This document shows positions 9,507 to 19,081 of a stretch of DNA of 64,000 nucleotides, piece by piece. Numbering within the stretch: position 1 is the first letter of the stretch; every line of letters starts with the position of its first letter. The notes under the pieces were generated by a model. That model saw only the letters and a program-made list of their open reading frames with translations. It did no database searches and was not told the origin of the DNA. A program made the translations under genes and the position numbers. The DNA is from Acidobacteriota bacterium (GTDB lineage: Bacteria; Acidobacteriota; Terriglobia; Acidiferrales; UBA7541). The DNA is taken from assembly GCA_046724685.1 (NCBI GenBank), contig JBKOXA010000074.1, forward strand, positions 8,172-72,171, written 5' to 3'.

Positions 9507-10709
9507 ATGCTGAGTCCATCCGATCCGGGCGCAGGAAGGACCTCAACGATTGCGCCGCAAGAAGTAGTCGTTTCGGGTGAGGAATTGGACAGCGCCAAAC
9601 TGAAACTATTTCGTAAGTCTCTTCTAGACTGGTTCGAGACCTATCAACGCGATCTTCCCTGGCGCAAAAATCGCGATCCATACCGCATATGGATTTCGGA
9701 AATCATGCTGCAGCAGACGCGAGTGAGAACGGTCATTCCTTATTACCAAAAGTTTCTCAGGAGATTCCCCGACGTGCGGACTCTTGCTGCGGCTCCGCAG
9801 GAAGAGGTTCTGCGCCTTTGGTCGGGCCTCGGCTATTACAGCCGGGCGCGAAACCTGCAGCGCGCCGCGCAGCAAATCGTTAGCAAGCATGGCGGCGAAT
9901 TTCCGCACGAAGGTGAAGACGTGCTGGCCCTCGCGGGTATTGGCGAATACACGGCCGCCGCAATCCTCAGCATCGCGTTCGGAGAAAATCACGCCGTGCT
10001 CGACGGAAACGTGGCGCGCGTGGTGTCGCGTCTCGAAGCGATTCGCGGCGATCTGCGCGAACCGTTCCGCTGGCGCAAGCTACAATCCACCGCGGATCAA
10101 TTACTGGCGCGTGATTCTGCCGGCGACTGGAACCAGGCGATGATGGAGCTCGGCGCCACGTTGTGCACGCCGCGCTCGCCGCAATGTCTTCTCTGTCCCG
10201 CAGCACAGTTCTGCAAGGCAAGAAAACTCGGCATCGCCGAGCTACTGCCAGAAAAGCGCAAAAAGCGTGCGATCGTGGCGGTCGAGCTCTGCAGCATCGT
10301 GTTCGTCGATGCCAAAAAGGACTCTCTGCTCTTGCCGCCACCCGCTGTTCTAGCAAAAAGCGCTGCCGACGATCACATTCCCTCATTGGTGGCAAAATTA
10401 TGGCATTTCCCAACCCTGTCCGCGCCCAGGGGCGCGGAGATCGCAGTACGCACGCTTCTGCACTGCGACCTGCGAATTAAACCAACAAAATCGATCCAGC
10501 CGACGCCACTTGAAAGGGTGCGCCACACCGTCACGTATCGAGCGCTCTCGGTCACGCCATTTCTGATTCACGTAAAGCAGCTTCCCAAAATTCCAGGAGC
10601 GAAGCACCTTCCGATAAGCGATGTTCCTTCGATGCCGGTTTCCAATCTCACTCGCAAGATAGCGAAGAGCGCTCTTAAAACTATTTCGGCGCCGAAGATA
10701 AAAGGTTAG
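9507..10709 (+). CDS. mutY: A/G-specific adenine glycosylase MutY
   Basis: RDLPWR, PYRIWISEIMLQQT, WSGLGYYSRARNL, LDGNVARV, and the [4Fe-4S] motif CTPRSPQCLLCPAAQFC. I trimmed the start from the 9153 ORF, which overlaps DUF58. Confidence 0.93.
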   Translation: MLSPSDPGAGRTSTIAPQEVVVSGEELDSAKLKLFRKSLLDWFETYQRDLPWRKNRDPYRIWISEIMLQQTRVRTVIPYYQKFLRRFPDVRTLAAAPQEEVLRLWSGLGYYSRARNLQRAAQQIVSKHGGEFPHEGEDVLALAGIGEYTAAAILSIAFGENHAVLDGNVARVVSRLEAIRGDLREPFRWRKLQSTADQLLARDSAGDWNQAMMELGATLCTPRSPQCLLCPAAQFCKARKLGIAELLPEKRKKRAIVAVELCSIVFVDAKKDSLLLPPPAVLAKSAADDHIPSLVAKLWHFPTLSAPRGAEIAVRTLLHCDLRIKPTKSIQPTPLERVRHTVTYRALSVTPFLIHVKQLPKIPGAKHLPISDVPSMPVSNLTRKIAKSALKTISAPKIKG

Positions 10710-10774
10710 CGGTTATCGTTTGGGACCGCCGACGCCCATCCGCACTGCACGGGTGCTACGATGAAGGTTCCGTT

Positions 10775-13009
10775 ATGGTCGCACGCGTATCAGTTCCGAC
10801 TGCGCCGCCACTCCCCGCAGAGCGCTTCTCTCGCGTTTCCCTTTTTCTATTGCTCCTTACAGCAATTCTCACGCTCATAGGCACCGGAAAAATCGATCTT
10901 CTCACATCGAGCGCGGCAACTCTTGCTCTGCTTTACCGCGCGCGCCGCTGGTGGTACGGCCACGAACCAGAGCTAACCTCTCGAACCGCCACTTTTCTGG
11001 TTCTTTGTTATCTTCTCTTTTTTCCCGCCGACATGTTTTTCCTCTCGCGCGGCCTTGCAGCAAATTCTCCGAACCCGCCTCTTTTTGCTGCCATGATCAG
11101 CGCGGTCCACTTCCTCCTGTTTGTGATGCTGGTACGGCTGTACAGCGCGCGCACGGACCGCGACGCGCATTTTCTGGTCATGCTGGCGTTCGCGGCCGTG
11201 CTGGCTTCCGCCGTGCTCACGGTGGATACGACTTTCCTATTTCTGTTTTTTCTATTTCTTCTGTTCGCAGTCGCTACCTACACAGGGCTTGAGCTGCGTC
11301 GCGGCGCCGCCCACGCCTTGATTCCATCCGCAGCCTCGATGCCGGGCGCGGATAAGAAATTGGCGCGCGCGCTGGGTCTTGCTGCCTTGAGTGTCTCCGT
11401 GGGAGCAATCCTTTTCGGCACAATCTTGTTTTTTCTGCTGCCGCGTGTCAGTGCCGGCTACCTCGGCAAGACAAGTCTGAATCCGACGCTTTTGAGCGGT
11501 TTTTCCGATCAAGTGGAGCTGGGACAAATCGGCGAAATCAAGAGGAGCTCCGCGGTGGTGCTGCGCGTGGAGACCGGCTCGCGCGTGAACTATCCGGCGC
11601 TACGGTGGCGCGGCAACGCTCTGGCCAATTTTGACGGAAGGCGCTGGTCGGCCCTCGCGCGCGAACCGGAAAAACTGGAGGCCAACCCGGACGGCTGGAT
11701 TCCCTTACGCGAAAGGTTTAGATCAGGCGAGATGCGCGGCGAAATTCTGCAGTTCAGGGTGCTGCAGGAGCCGATGGCATCGGATGCGCTGTTTGTCGCC
11801 GGAAATGTCCTGGCGGTACGGGGAAATTTTACGGGCGAGGCCCTCGGTGTAAGCCACCGGAACAGCTACATTTACCGCGATTCAGCCGGTTCGCTGATGA
11901 ATCCGTTCCACAATTATGTTTCCATCCGCTACACGGGGCTCTCGCAACTTCCCGCGCTGGACCGTGCGAAGCTCGCGGCGGCAGGAACCGACTATCCCGC
12001 ATCAATCACCGAACCGTACTTGCAGTTGCCGATAGACATCGACCTGAGAATTTCCGCACTGGCTCGTACAGCGACAGAGGGCCGATCGAATCCCTACGAG
12101 AAAGCCTCGGCGCTCGAAGCGTTTCTGAAAACGCGGTATGCCTATACGCTGAGCCTTAGGGGTAACCCGGGTAAAGATCCGCTGGCGCATTTCCTTTTTG
12201 AGACGCGGGCAGGACACTGCGAGTACTTTGCCTCCTCCATGACGGTAATGCTTCGCACGCTCGGAATTCCTGCCCGCGAGGTTAACGGATTCCTGCCCGG
12301 AGAATTCAACGACCTGGGCGGCGATTACATCGTGCGCGCGAGCGATGCTCACAGCTGGGTGGAGGCATATTTTCCAGGCAGCGGCTGGATCGCATTCGAC
12401 CCAACGCCTGATGCCCCCGTCGCGGCAATTAGTTTTCTGACACGGCTTTCGCAGCTTGCGGATTGGGCGGAGTTGACGTGGAGCGACTGGATCGTCGGCT
12501 ACGACGTCGCGCACCAGGCGGCACTGGCGCAGACTTTCCAGATGCGTTCTCGTAATTGGCGCGAAGTGGGAGCGTCGTGGTTCGCTGAAAAGCAGCGTCA
12601 CATGAAAGACCGGCTGACCGGATGGCAACTCCGTCATGCCAGCTTTTCTCTCGCGCTGCCGGTATTTTTGATGGCGTTGCTACTCGCCTTGCGGTATGGC
12701 TGGGTCGGCTGGCTCCTTCGGCGGATCGAGATGGCGCTTCCGCAAGGGCGGAATGCCGGCGCCAGTGCGCAGATTGCCTCGCGAATGTATGCGGAGATGC
12801 TTCAGGTGATGAGCCGCCACGGATACTCACGCAACGAAACGCAAACACCGTTTGAATTTGCGGCGGACGTCAAAGCGCCATCGCTGAGCTCTTTGGTCGA
12901 AGAGTTCACCCTACTGTATGCCTCCGCGCGTTTTGGCGGCGTGACCTGCGACGTTGCGCGGTTGCAAGAACTCCTCGGGACCATTCGCGCCGATCTGCGC
13001 GCAAGGTAA
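10775..13009 (+). CDS. DUF3488/transglutaminase-like (TgpA-type) membrane protein with a C-terminal DUF4129-like region
   Basis: Multi-TM N-terminus, GFSDQVELG, and the catalytic triad motifs GHCEYFAS (Cys), AHSWVEAY (His) and FDPTP (Asp). Confidence 0.9.
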   Translation: MVARVSVPTAPPLPAERFSRVSLFLLLLTAILTLIGTGKIDLLTSSAATLALLYRARRWWYGHEPELTSRTATFLVLCYLLFFPADMFFLSRGLAANSPNPPLFAAMISAVHFLLFVMLVRLYSARTDRDAHFLVMLAFAAVLASAVLTVDTTFLFLFFLFLLFAVATYTGLELRRGAAHALIPSAASMPGADKKLARALGLAALSVSVGAILFGTILFFLLPRVSAGYLGKTSLNPTLLSGFSDQVELGQIGEIKRSSAVVLRVETGSRVNYPALRWRGNALANFDGRRWSALAREPEKLEANPDGWIPLRERFRSGEMRGEILQFRVLQEPMASDALFVAGNVLAVRGNFTGEALGVSHRNSYIYRDSAGSLMNPFHNYVSIRYTGLSQLPALDRAKLAAAGTDYPASITEPYLQLPIDIDLRISALARTATEGRSNPYEKASALEAFLKTRYAYTLSLRGNPGKDPLAHFLFETRAGHCEYFASSMTVMLRTLGIPAREVNGFLPGEFNDLGGDYIVRASDAHSWVEAYFPGSGWIAFDPTPDAPVAAISFLTRLSQLADWAELTWSDWIVGYDVAHQAALAQTFQMRSRNWREVGASWFAEKQRHMKDRLTGWQLRHASFSLALPVFLMALLLALRYGWVGWLLRRIEMALPQGRNAGASAQIASRMYAEMLQVMSRHGYSRNETQTPFEFAADVKAPSLSSLVEEFTLLYASARFGGVTCDVARLQELLGTIRADLRAR

Positions 13010-13057
13010 TGTGCCGTCAGAGGGGGATTTCCGTCTACAAGGCGCGGGTAGACTGCA

Positions 13058-13066
13058 TGGTACAAT
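13058..13066 (+). promoter_or_regulatory. Putative extended -10 promoter (TGGTACAAT) for the rimO operon
   Basis: TGn-TACAAT about 30 nt upstream of the rimO ATG. Confidence 0.4.
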
Positions 13067-13096
13067 AGAGAATTGCGACAAGGCGCAATTTTCTCC

Positions 13097-14533
13097 ATGC
13101 CGAAGGTCGGATTTGTCAGTTTGGGTTGCCCGAAGAACCTCGTCGACAGCGAGGTGATGATGGGCATTCTTGCGCGCGATGGCTACGAACTAACCGCACG
13201 CGCGGACGAAGCCGACGTCCTGGTCGTGAATACCTGCAGTTTTATCGAACCCGCGCAAAAGGAGTCCGTGGACGCCATTCTGGAAATGGCGGAACACAAA
13301 AAATTCGGAGCCGCCAAGAAACTCATCGTGGCGGGCTGCCTGGTGGAGCGCTATCGCGACCAGATTCTCACACAGGTGCCGGAAGTGGACGCGGTTGTCG
13401 GAACCGGTGAAGTGGAACGAATTCTGGAAGCCGTGCATGGCGACCTGCGCGTTCTTCCCGCCCAACCGCCGGCATTTCTCTATCACGATTTGACGCCGCG
13501 AATTCTGACCACGCCAAAACACGCCGCCTACATAAAAATTGCAGAGGGCTGCGATCATCCCTGCAGTTTTTGCATTATTCCGCAGCTGCGAGGAAAGTTT
13601 CGCAGCCGCCGCTTTGAATCCGTGGTGCGAGAAGCGGAAAACCTAGCGGCAGCGGGAGCACGTGAGATCACACTGATCGGCCAGGACACGACTTCTTACG
13701 GCGAGGATCTTGGCCTGCGCGACGGCTTGGCGCAGCTGCTCGAGGCCCTTGCCGGAGTCGAGGAGCTTCTTTGGGTGCGCTTTCTTTATGCATACCCAAA
13801 TCGCGTTACGCAAAAACTACTGGACACGCTCGCGGCACACCCGCGTTTGGCGAAGTACATGGATATGCCACTGCAGCACGCCAGCCGCAGCGTGCTTGCC
13901 GGCATGAAGCGCGGGTCGCACAGCGAAGCCTTTCTGAAACTGCTGGAACGCATTCGCGCGACGATTCCGGGGGTTGCGCTGCGCACCTCGTTCATCGTGG
14001 GATTTCCCGGTGAAACGGAAACCGATTTTGATGAACTGTGCGATTTCGTTCGCATCAGCCAGTTTGACTGGATGGGAGTCTTCGAATATTCCGATGTGGA
14101 CAATGCGGGTAGTTACGCGCTGGATGAAAAAGTCGAAGCTGATGTTGTCACTGACCGTCGCAACCGCTTGATGGCCATCCAGAAAAAAATATCGCGCGAA
14201 CGATTGAAGAAGTGGAAGGGCCGCACGGAAACGGCCCTGATCGAAGGGCTTTCGAAAGACAACCCGCTGGTCTGGGAAGCGCGGTTGCAAGGCATGGCGC
14301 CAGAAATCGACGGCCGACTGTATCTGACCGACATTCAGCTGGCAGACGGCCGATTCGCGGATACCGGTGACGCCGCCAGGGTGGAAATCACAAAGACGGA
14401 CGCCTACGACATGATTGGGCGAGTGATCGAAACTCTCCCCCGCGCGGAACGGCGCAGGCCCGTCAGCGAACCCCCCGGGCCCGAAAAACTTCATCGCATT
14501 GCGACTGGAGCGCCGCTGCGCGTTTTGGGATAA
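13097..14533 (+). CDS. rimO: Ribosomal protein S12 methylthiotransferase RimO
   Basis: SLGCPKNLVDSEVM, radical SAM motif GCDHPCSFCIIP, C-terminal TRAM-like APEIDG. The start is ATG at 13097. Confidence 0.95.
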   Translation: MPKVGFVSLGCPKNLVDSEVMMGILARDGYELTARADEADVLVVNTCSFIEPAQKESVDAILEMAEHKKFGAAKKLIVAGCLVERYRDQILTQVPEVDAVVGTGEVERILEAVHGDLRVLPAQPPAFLYHDLTPRILTTPKHAAYIKIAEGCDHPCSFCIIPQLRGKFRSRRFESVVREAENLAAAGAREITLIGQDTTSYGEDLGLRDGLAQLLEALAGVEELLWVRFLYAYPNRVTQKLLDTLAAHPRLAKYMDMPLQHASRSVLAGMKRGSHSEAFLKLLERIRATIPGVALRTSFIVGFPGETETDFDELCDFVRISQFDWMGVFEYSDVDNAGSYALDEKVEADVVTDRRNRLMAIQKKISRERLKKWKGRTETALIEGLSKDNPLVWEARLQGMAPEIDGRLYLTDIQLADGRFADTGDAARVEITKTDAYDMIGRVIETLPRAERRRPVSEPPGPEKLHRIATGAPLRVLG

Positions 14534-14542
14534 GCTTGCGAC

Positions 14543-14755
14543 ATGAAACATCGCTGCCCCATCTGCAAAACAGCGACGGACTCGGAGCTCCAGGCAGAGT
14601 TTCCATTTTGCAGCGAGAAATGCCGCCTGCTTGACCTGGGAGCGTGGGCCAGCGAGAAGTACGTGGTTTCCGAGCCGATCTTCGACGAAACGGAAGTCGA
14701 GGACTTAGGCGCAGAGTCTGAGGCAAGAAATAAGCCGAATGACGCCATCCACTGA
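14543..14755 (+). CDS. yacG: DNA gyrase inhibitor YacG (DUF329)
   Basis: CPIC...FPFCSEKCRLLDLGAW zinc motif. Confidence 0.9.
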   Translation: MKHRCPICKTATDSELQAEFPFCSEKCRLLDLGAWASEKYVVSEPIFDETEVEDLGAESEARNKPNDAIH

Positions 14756-15416
14756 AGCTCCAAAGCGAAAGCCGACTCTAGCAATTGCGATTGCTACGGC
14801 GCTTGGCGTGGGCTATATCCCAAAGGCTCCGGGAACATTCGGTTCGCTGGTCGGCATCGTCACTGCCATTCTCACCTCGCTGTTCTTCCTGCGCCCGCAC
14901 AGCTTTCGCGATTTGCTGTCTGAACAACGGCTGGTCGAAGGCACGCTTGTTGACAATCACTTCCTGGTGCCCGGTGCGGACATTCACGACGCAGCGCTGA
15001 TCTTGCCGGTAACGTGCGCGATCCTGCTGGTCCTACTTCTGTCGTTCGTTGGAGTCTGGAGCGCAGGGAAAGCCGCAGCGTTTCTAGGAGTGGAAGATCC
15101 TCAGCATGTGGTAATCGACGAAGTCGCCGGACAGCACATCGCGTTAATCCTGCCGTTGATTCCCATCGCCGTGCCTAACCTTGCGGCGCACATGGACTTT
15201 TCGACCTACGCCATTTTTTCGGCTTTGAGCTTGCTGAATTGGAAGTACCTTCTCACGGGTTTCATCCTGTTCAGGGTGTTCGACATCTGGAAACCCTATC
15301 CCATTCGCCGTCTTGAGAAGCTTCGCGGGGGCTGGGGCATCATGGCGGACGATTGGCTGGCCGGAGTCTACGCTGCCATTCTGCTGAAGGTCGCGATACA
15401 CTTTACCCGGCTATGA
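14739..15416 (+). CDS. pgpA: Phosphatidylglycerophosphatase A
   Basis: GVGYIPKAPGTFGS, DPQHVVIDEVAG, FRVFDIWKPYPI, GGWGIMADDWLAG. Confidence 0.92.
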   Translation: MTPSTEAPKRKPTLAIAIATALGVGYIPKAPGTFGSLVGIVTAILTSLFFLRPHSFRDLLSEQRLVEGTLVDNHFLVPGADIHDAALILPVTCAILLVLLLSFVGVWSAGKAAAFLGVEDPQHVVIDEVAGQHIALILPLIPIAVPNLAAHMDFSTYAIFSALSLLNWKYLLTGFILFRVFDIWKPYPIRRLEKLRGGWGIMADDWLAGVYAAILLKVAIHFTRL

Positions 15417-16462
15417 GATTCGGTTTGGGCGCTTCTTCGGAGAGAAACGGTATTCCCCGCATCGAAAGCGTCGTGCCTGCGGCGGCGATTCCAGGTGGCG
15501 AAGTGGAAATTCGCGGCAGTGGGTTCGCCACACGCACTCAGTTGCGACCAGTGGTCCGTTTTGGCGAAGCCGAAGGGGCCCTAGCGCTGGCAAGCCCGAA
15601 TCGCCTGGTGGCGCGTGTGCCGGAGGGCGCGAGCGGCGGCGCAGTTCGCGTGGCAACGCCAGAGCATGAGAGCCAGCCGTTTCCGATCGCGGTCGGTCTG
15701 CAAATCGCGGACAATCTGCACCCCGTAGCCAGCCCTGCGGTTGACGCGGACGGCAATATTTATGTGACGTTCAGCGGGCCGCGAGGCCAGCGAGTCCCCG
15801 TTTCGCTGTACAGAATTACTTCGAATTTCAGCGTGAAGCCATTTGTAACTTCGCTGACGAACCCAAGCGGGCTGGCGCTTGATCGCAATGGCAACCTCTT
15901 CGTGTCCTGCAGGAACGACGGCACGATCCATCGCGTCGCGGCGGACGGCCGGTGCGAGCAATGGATTGAGGGTATGGGCGTGGCCACTGGTCTGGCATTT
16001 GACCGGGAACAAAACCTGTATGTAGGCGACCGCAGCGGAACGATCTTCAAGATCAGCCCGAGCCGGGAGATTTTCGTGTTTGCGACGCTCGAACCTTCCG
16101 TCGCGGCTTACCATTTGGCATTTCATCCTAGCGGAGAACTCTATGCGACCGGGCCGACGACCTCGAGCTTCGACCGCGTATACCGGATTTCGCAGGGCGG
16201 CGATGTGGCAATATTCTTCCGCGGGCTCGGACGCCCCCAGGGTCTGGCGTTTGATCGGGAGGGAAACCTGTTTGTGGCGGCGTCACTCGGAGGAAGGCGC
16301 GGAATCGTTTGCATTACTCCACGCGGGAGAGCGGAACTTGCACTGGGCGGAGCCGGCATCGTGGGTATGGCGCTACTGCCGTCTGGCCGAGCGATCGTTG
16401 CAACTTCTGGCGCGATTTTCACGCTGGATTGGGACGTTCGCGGGCTGCCACTGCCCGGTTAG
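15413..16462 (+). CDS. IPT/TIG domain plus beta-propeller (NHL/SMP-30-like) protein of unknown function
   Basis: N-terminal PRIESVVPAAAIPGGEVEIRGSGF...VVRFG IPT fold, then repeats of P/A-x-GLAFD-x-x-GNL[FY]V. The ATG at 15413 overlaps the pgpA TGA. Confidence 0.75.
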   Translation: MRFGLGASSERNGIPRIESVVPAAAIPGGEVEIRGSGFATRTQLRPVVRFGEAEGALALASPNRLVARVPEGASGGAVRVATPEHESQPFPIAVGLQIADNLHPVASPAVDADGNIYVTFSGPRGQRVPVSLYRITSNFSVKPFVTSLTNPSGLALDRNGNLFVSCRNDGTIHRVAADGRCEQWIEGMGVATGLAFDREQNLYVGDRSGTIFKISPSREIFVFATLEPSVAAYHLAFHPSGELYATGPTTSSFDRVYRISQGGDVAIFFRGLGRPQGLAFDREGNLFVAASLGGRRGIVCITPRGRAELALGGAGIVGMALLPSGRAIVATSGAIFTLDWDVRGLPLPG

Positions 16463-16604
16463 TTCACTCGCCCAGGACAACATTTTGCGATAATTTCGAT
16501 CGTCTCCTCCTTGCCACATCTCGATTGAACCCTGGCGGCCGTGGCAATCGCGTCCCAAAGGCTAATTGCGCCGGACGAAGGCCTCAGGGTTAGAATAAAT
16601 CACG

Positions 16605-17867
16605 ATGAAAGCAGAAATCATAGCTGTGGGCTCGGAACTATTGACTCCGGACCGGATTGATACCAACTCACTTTTTCTGACGGAAGAACTGAACAAGCTG
16701 GGAATCGAGGTGGTGCGGAAAACCGTGGTGGGCGACGACCGGGGATTGCTGCTCGAGGCGTTTCGCGACGCGGTGAATCGCGTGCCGCTGATTATTTCGT
16801 CCGGTGGACTGGGCCCGACCGAAGACGATTTGACGCGAGAGACCGTTGCGGAATTGCTGGGCCGCAGGCTGGTGCGCAACGACTCTATTGTGCGCGCGAT
16901 TGAAGCGAGGTTTCGTTCCTTTGGGCGGCCGATGCCGGAAACAAACCTGCGGCAAGCCATGGTGCCGGAAGGCAGCGAGCCGCTTGAGAATCCGCGAGGG
17001 ACCGCGCCTGGACTTTGGATAGAGGACGGCGAGCGAATCGTCGTTCTGTTGCCGGGTCCGCCGCGTGAATTGAAGTCTTTGTTTCGCGAGCAGGTTTTGC
17101 CGCGATTGCAGCGCCGCACCCCGCCGGTGCGGATGTTTCATCACGAGTTGCGCGTGACCGGGCTTGGTGAATCGCACGTCGATCACCTAGCAGGTCCTGT
17201 TTACACGAGATACCCCGAAGTGCGAACGACGGTACTGGCTTCACCGGGCGAAGTGCAAATCCATCTTCGGATCTGGACCGAAGATGCCGCCCATGCCGAA
17301 GCCACGTTTACGGACATCGAACGCGGTTTCGATCTTGTGCTCACAGACCGAATCTTTTCGCGCGACGGCTCGCCACTGGAAGTGGTCGTCGCCCGCAACC
17401 TGCTCAAGCAGAATGCAACCATCGCTGCCGCAGAAAGCTGCACTGGCGGACTGTTTGCGGAAAGGTTGACGACAATTGCCGGCAGCTCCGCGTATTTCCT
17501 CGGCGGGGTTGTTTGTTATAGCAATGAAATGAAGACGGCCTGGGCGGACGTGCCGCCGGAGGTGATCGCGGCGAAGGGTGCAGTGAGCAGCGAGGTGGCC
17601 GTCGCTCTTGCCGATGGAATTCGCCGGCGTGTGGGAAGCACGCTGGGAGTTGGTATCACCGGAATCGCCGGACCTGGCGGTGGAAGCGAAGAAAAACCAG
17701 TCGGCACGGTGCATGTCGCCCTGGCCAGCGCGTCGGGAGTCCGCGAACGAGCAGTGCGCCTGCCTGGCGATCGCGAAATGGTGCGGCTCCAGGCTTCGCA
17801 AGCTGCGCTGGATCTGGTGCGCATACATTTTCTCTACAACGGCCAGGCCCCTCCGAAGCGTTCCTGA
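16605..17867 (+). CDS. cinA: Competence/damage-inducible protein CinA (MCD domain plus PncC NMN deamidase domain)
   Basis: VGSELL...IDTNS, SGGLGPTEDDLT, LLPGPPRE, AAESCTGG, GITGIAGPGGGSEEKPVGTV. Confidence 0.95.
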   Translation: MKAEIIAVGSELLTPDRIDTNSLFLTEELNKLGIEVVRKTVVGDDRGLLLEAFRDAVNRVPLIISSGGLGPTEDDLTRETVAELLGRRLVRNDSIVRAIEARFRSFGRPMPETNLRQAMVPEGSEPLENPRGTAPGLWIEDGERIVVLLPGPPRELKSLFREQVLPRLQRRTPPVRMFHHELRVTGLGESHVDHLAGPVYTRYPEVRTTVLASPGEVQIHLRIWTEDAAHAEATFTDIERGFDLVLTDRIFSRDGSPLEVVVARNLLKQNATIAAAESCTGGLFAERLTTIAGSSAYFLGGVVCYSNEMKTAWADVPPEVIAAKGAVSSEVAVALADGIRRRVGSTLGVGITGIAGPGGGSEEKPVGTVHVALASASGVRERAVRLPGDREMVRLQASQAALDLVRIHFLYNGQAPPKRS

Positions 17868-17870
17868 ACG

Positions 17871-18449
17871 ATGCGTCTCTTTGTGGCGTTGTCGATTCCA
17901 GCCACGGTGCTCGAAAATCTTTCGACGCTGATTCGTGAGCTGCGGCGCGCGGATGAACATCCACGATGGGTCAATCCGCAAAATTTGCATGTGACGCTGA
18001 AATTCATCGGCGAGATTCCTGCTGAGAAACTGACGACGATCGGTGACGCGCTTGACCCCGTCCGTTCAGCCCGCAAAGTAAATCTTGAATTTCGCGAAGT
18101 CGGGTTTTTCCCAAACGATCGCAGGCCAAACGTCGCGTGGGTTGGAATCGAGGCATCTGCCAGTCTTGCGCAGCTCGCTGCAGCGATAAATCAAGCACTA
18201 GAAAGGCTCGGTATCCCCGAGGAGAAGAAGGCTTTCGTGCCACATCTGACGATTGCGCGGTTTAAAGAAACGCGCCTTGCGACCGCACTCCAGGCAGAAA
18301 TTGAAAAGTGGAAAGGCCGCAGCTTCGGTAGGCTGAGCACTGGAGAATTTCATTTGGTGGAAAGCAAGCTGAAAAGCTCGGGAGCGGAGTACACTACGCT
18401 GCGATCGTTCCGCTTCGCGCCCGAAGAACCTGAAGGCGGGCAAACGTGA
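17871..18449 (+). CDS. thpR: RNA 2',3'-cyclic phosphodiesterase (2H family)
   Basis: MRLFVAL start and two HxT motifs (LHVTLKF, PHLTIAR). Confidence 0.9.
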   Translation: MRLFVALSIPATVLENLSTLIRELRRADEHPRWVNPQNLHVTLKFIGEIPAEKLTTIGDALDPVRSARKVNLEFREVGFFPNDRRPNVAWVGIEASASLAQLAAAINQALERLGIPEEKKAFVPHLTIARFKETRLATALQAEIEKWKGRSFGRLSTGEFHLVESKLKSSGAEYTTLRSFRFAPEEPEGGQT

Positions 18450-19081
18450 AGTTCATTTCTACCCCTGCAATTCTGTTCATGGTCTCGTACCTGCTGGGAT
18501 CGATCCCGTTTGGGTTGATCCTGGCCAAGCTCTTTGGGGGCACCGATGTGCGAAGAGCGGGAAGCGGAAATATTGGCGCGACAAATGTCGCCAGAGTTGC
18601 CGGGCCGCTGCCGGGCATTCTGACGCTGGTGTTGGATGCCGGGAAAGGTTGGTTCGCGGTCTGGCTTGCAGAGCGCGTGTCGCACGCCGCAGCGGGTATG
18701 ATGATCGTCGCCGGTGTGTTTGCCCTGGTTGGGCATTGTTTTCCGGTGTGGCTGCGGTTTCGCGGAGGCAAAGGCGTTGCAACGGCAGCCGGGATTTTTG
18801 CAGCTCTGTGTCCCGAAGCGTTGCTGGCCGCTCTGATCCTCTTCGCACTGGTCGTATGGTTTTGGCGTTACGTTTCACTCGGTTCGCTGGCGGCCGCCGC
18901 TGCCATTCCTCTCCTTGTGTACTGGTTCTGGGCGCCGCATTTCGCGCCGCCGAACATTGTAACCGGGGGGTCGCTGGCGATCGCCGCCCTAGTCATTTTT
19001 CAGCATCGCGGAAATATCGGAAGGCTGACCCGCGGCGACGAGCCTAAATTTTCCCTAAGCAACAAACGAGACGAGGCGTGA
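18446..19081 (+). CDS. plsY: Glycerol-3-phosphate acyltransferase PlsY
   Basis: YLLGSIPFG, GSGNIGATNVAR, GHCFPVWLRFRGGKGVATAAG, HRGNIGRL. Confidence 0.95.
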   Translation: MKFISTPAILFMVSYLLGSIPFGLILAKLFGGTDVRRAGSGNIGATNVARVAGPLPGILTLVLDAGKGWFAVWLAERVSHAAAGMMIVAGVFALVGHCFPVWLRFRGGKGVATAAGIFAALCPEALLAALILFALVVWFWRYVSLGSLAAAAAIPLLVYWFWAPHFAPPNIVTGGSLAIAALVIFQHRGNIGRLTRGDEPKFSLSNKRDEA

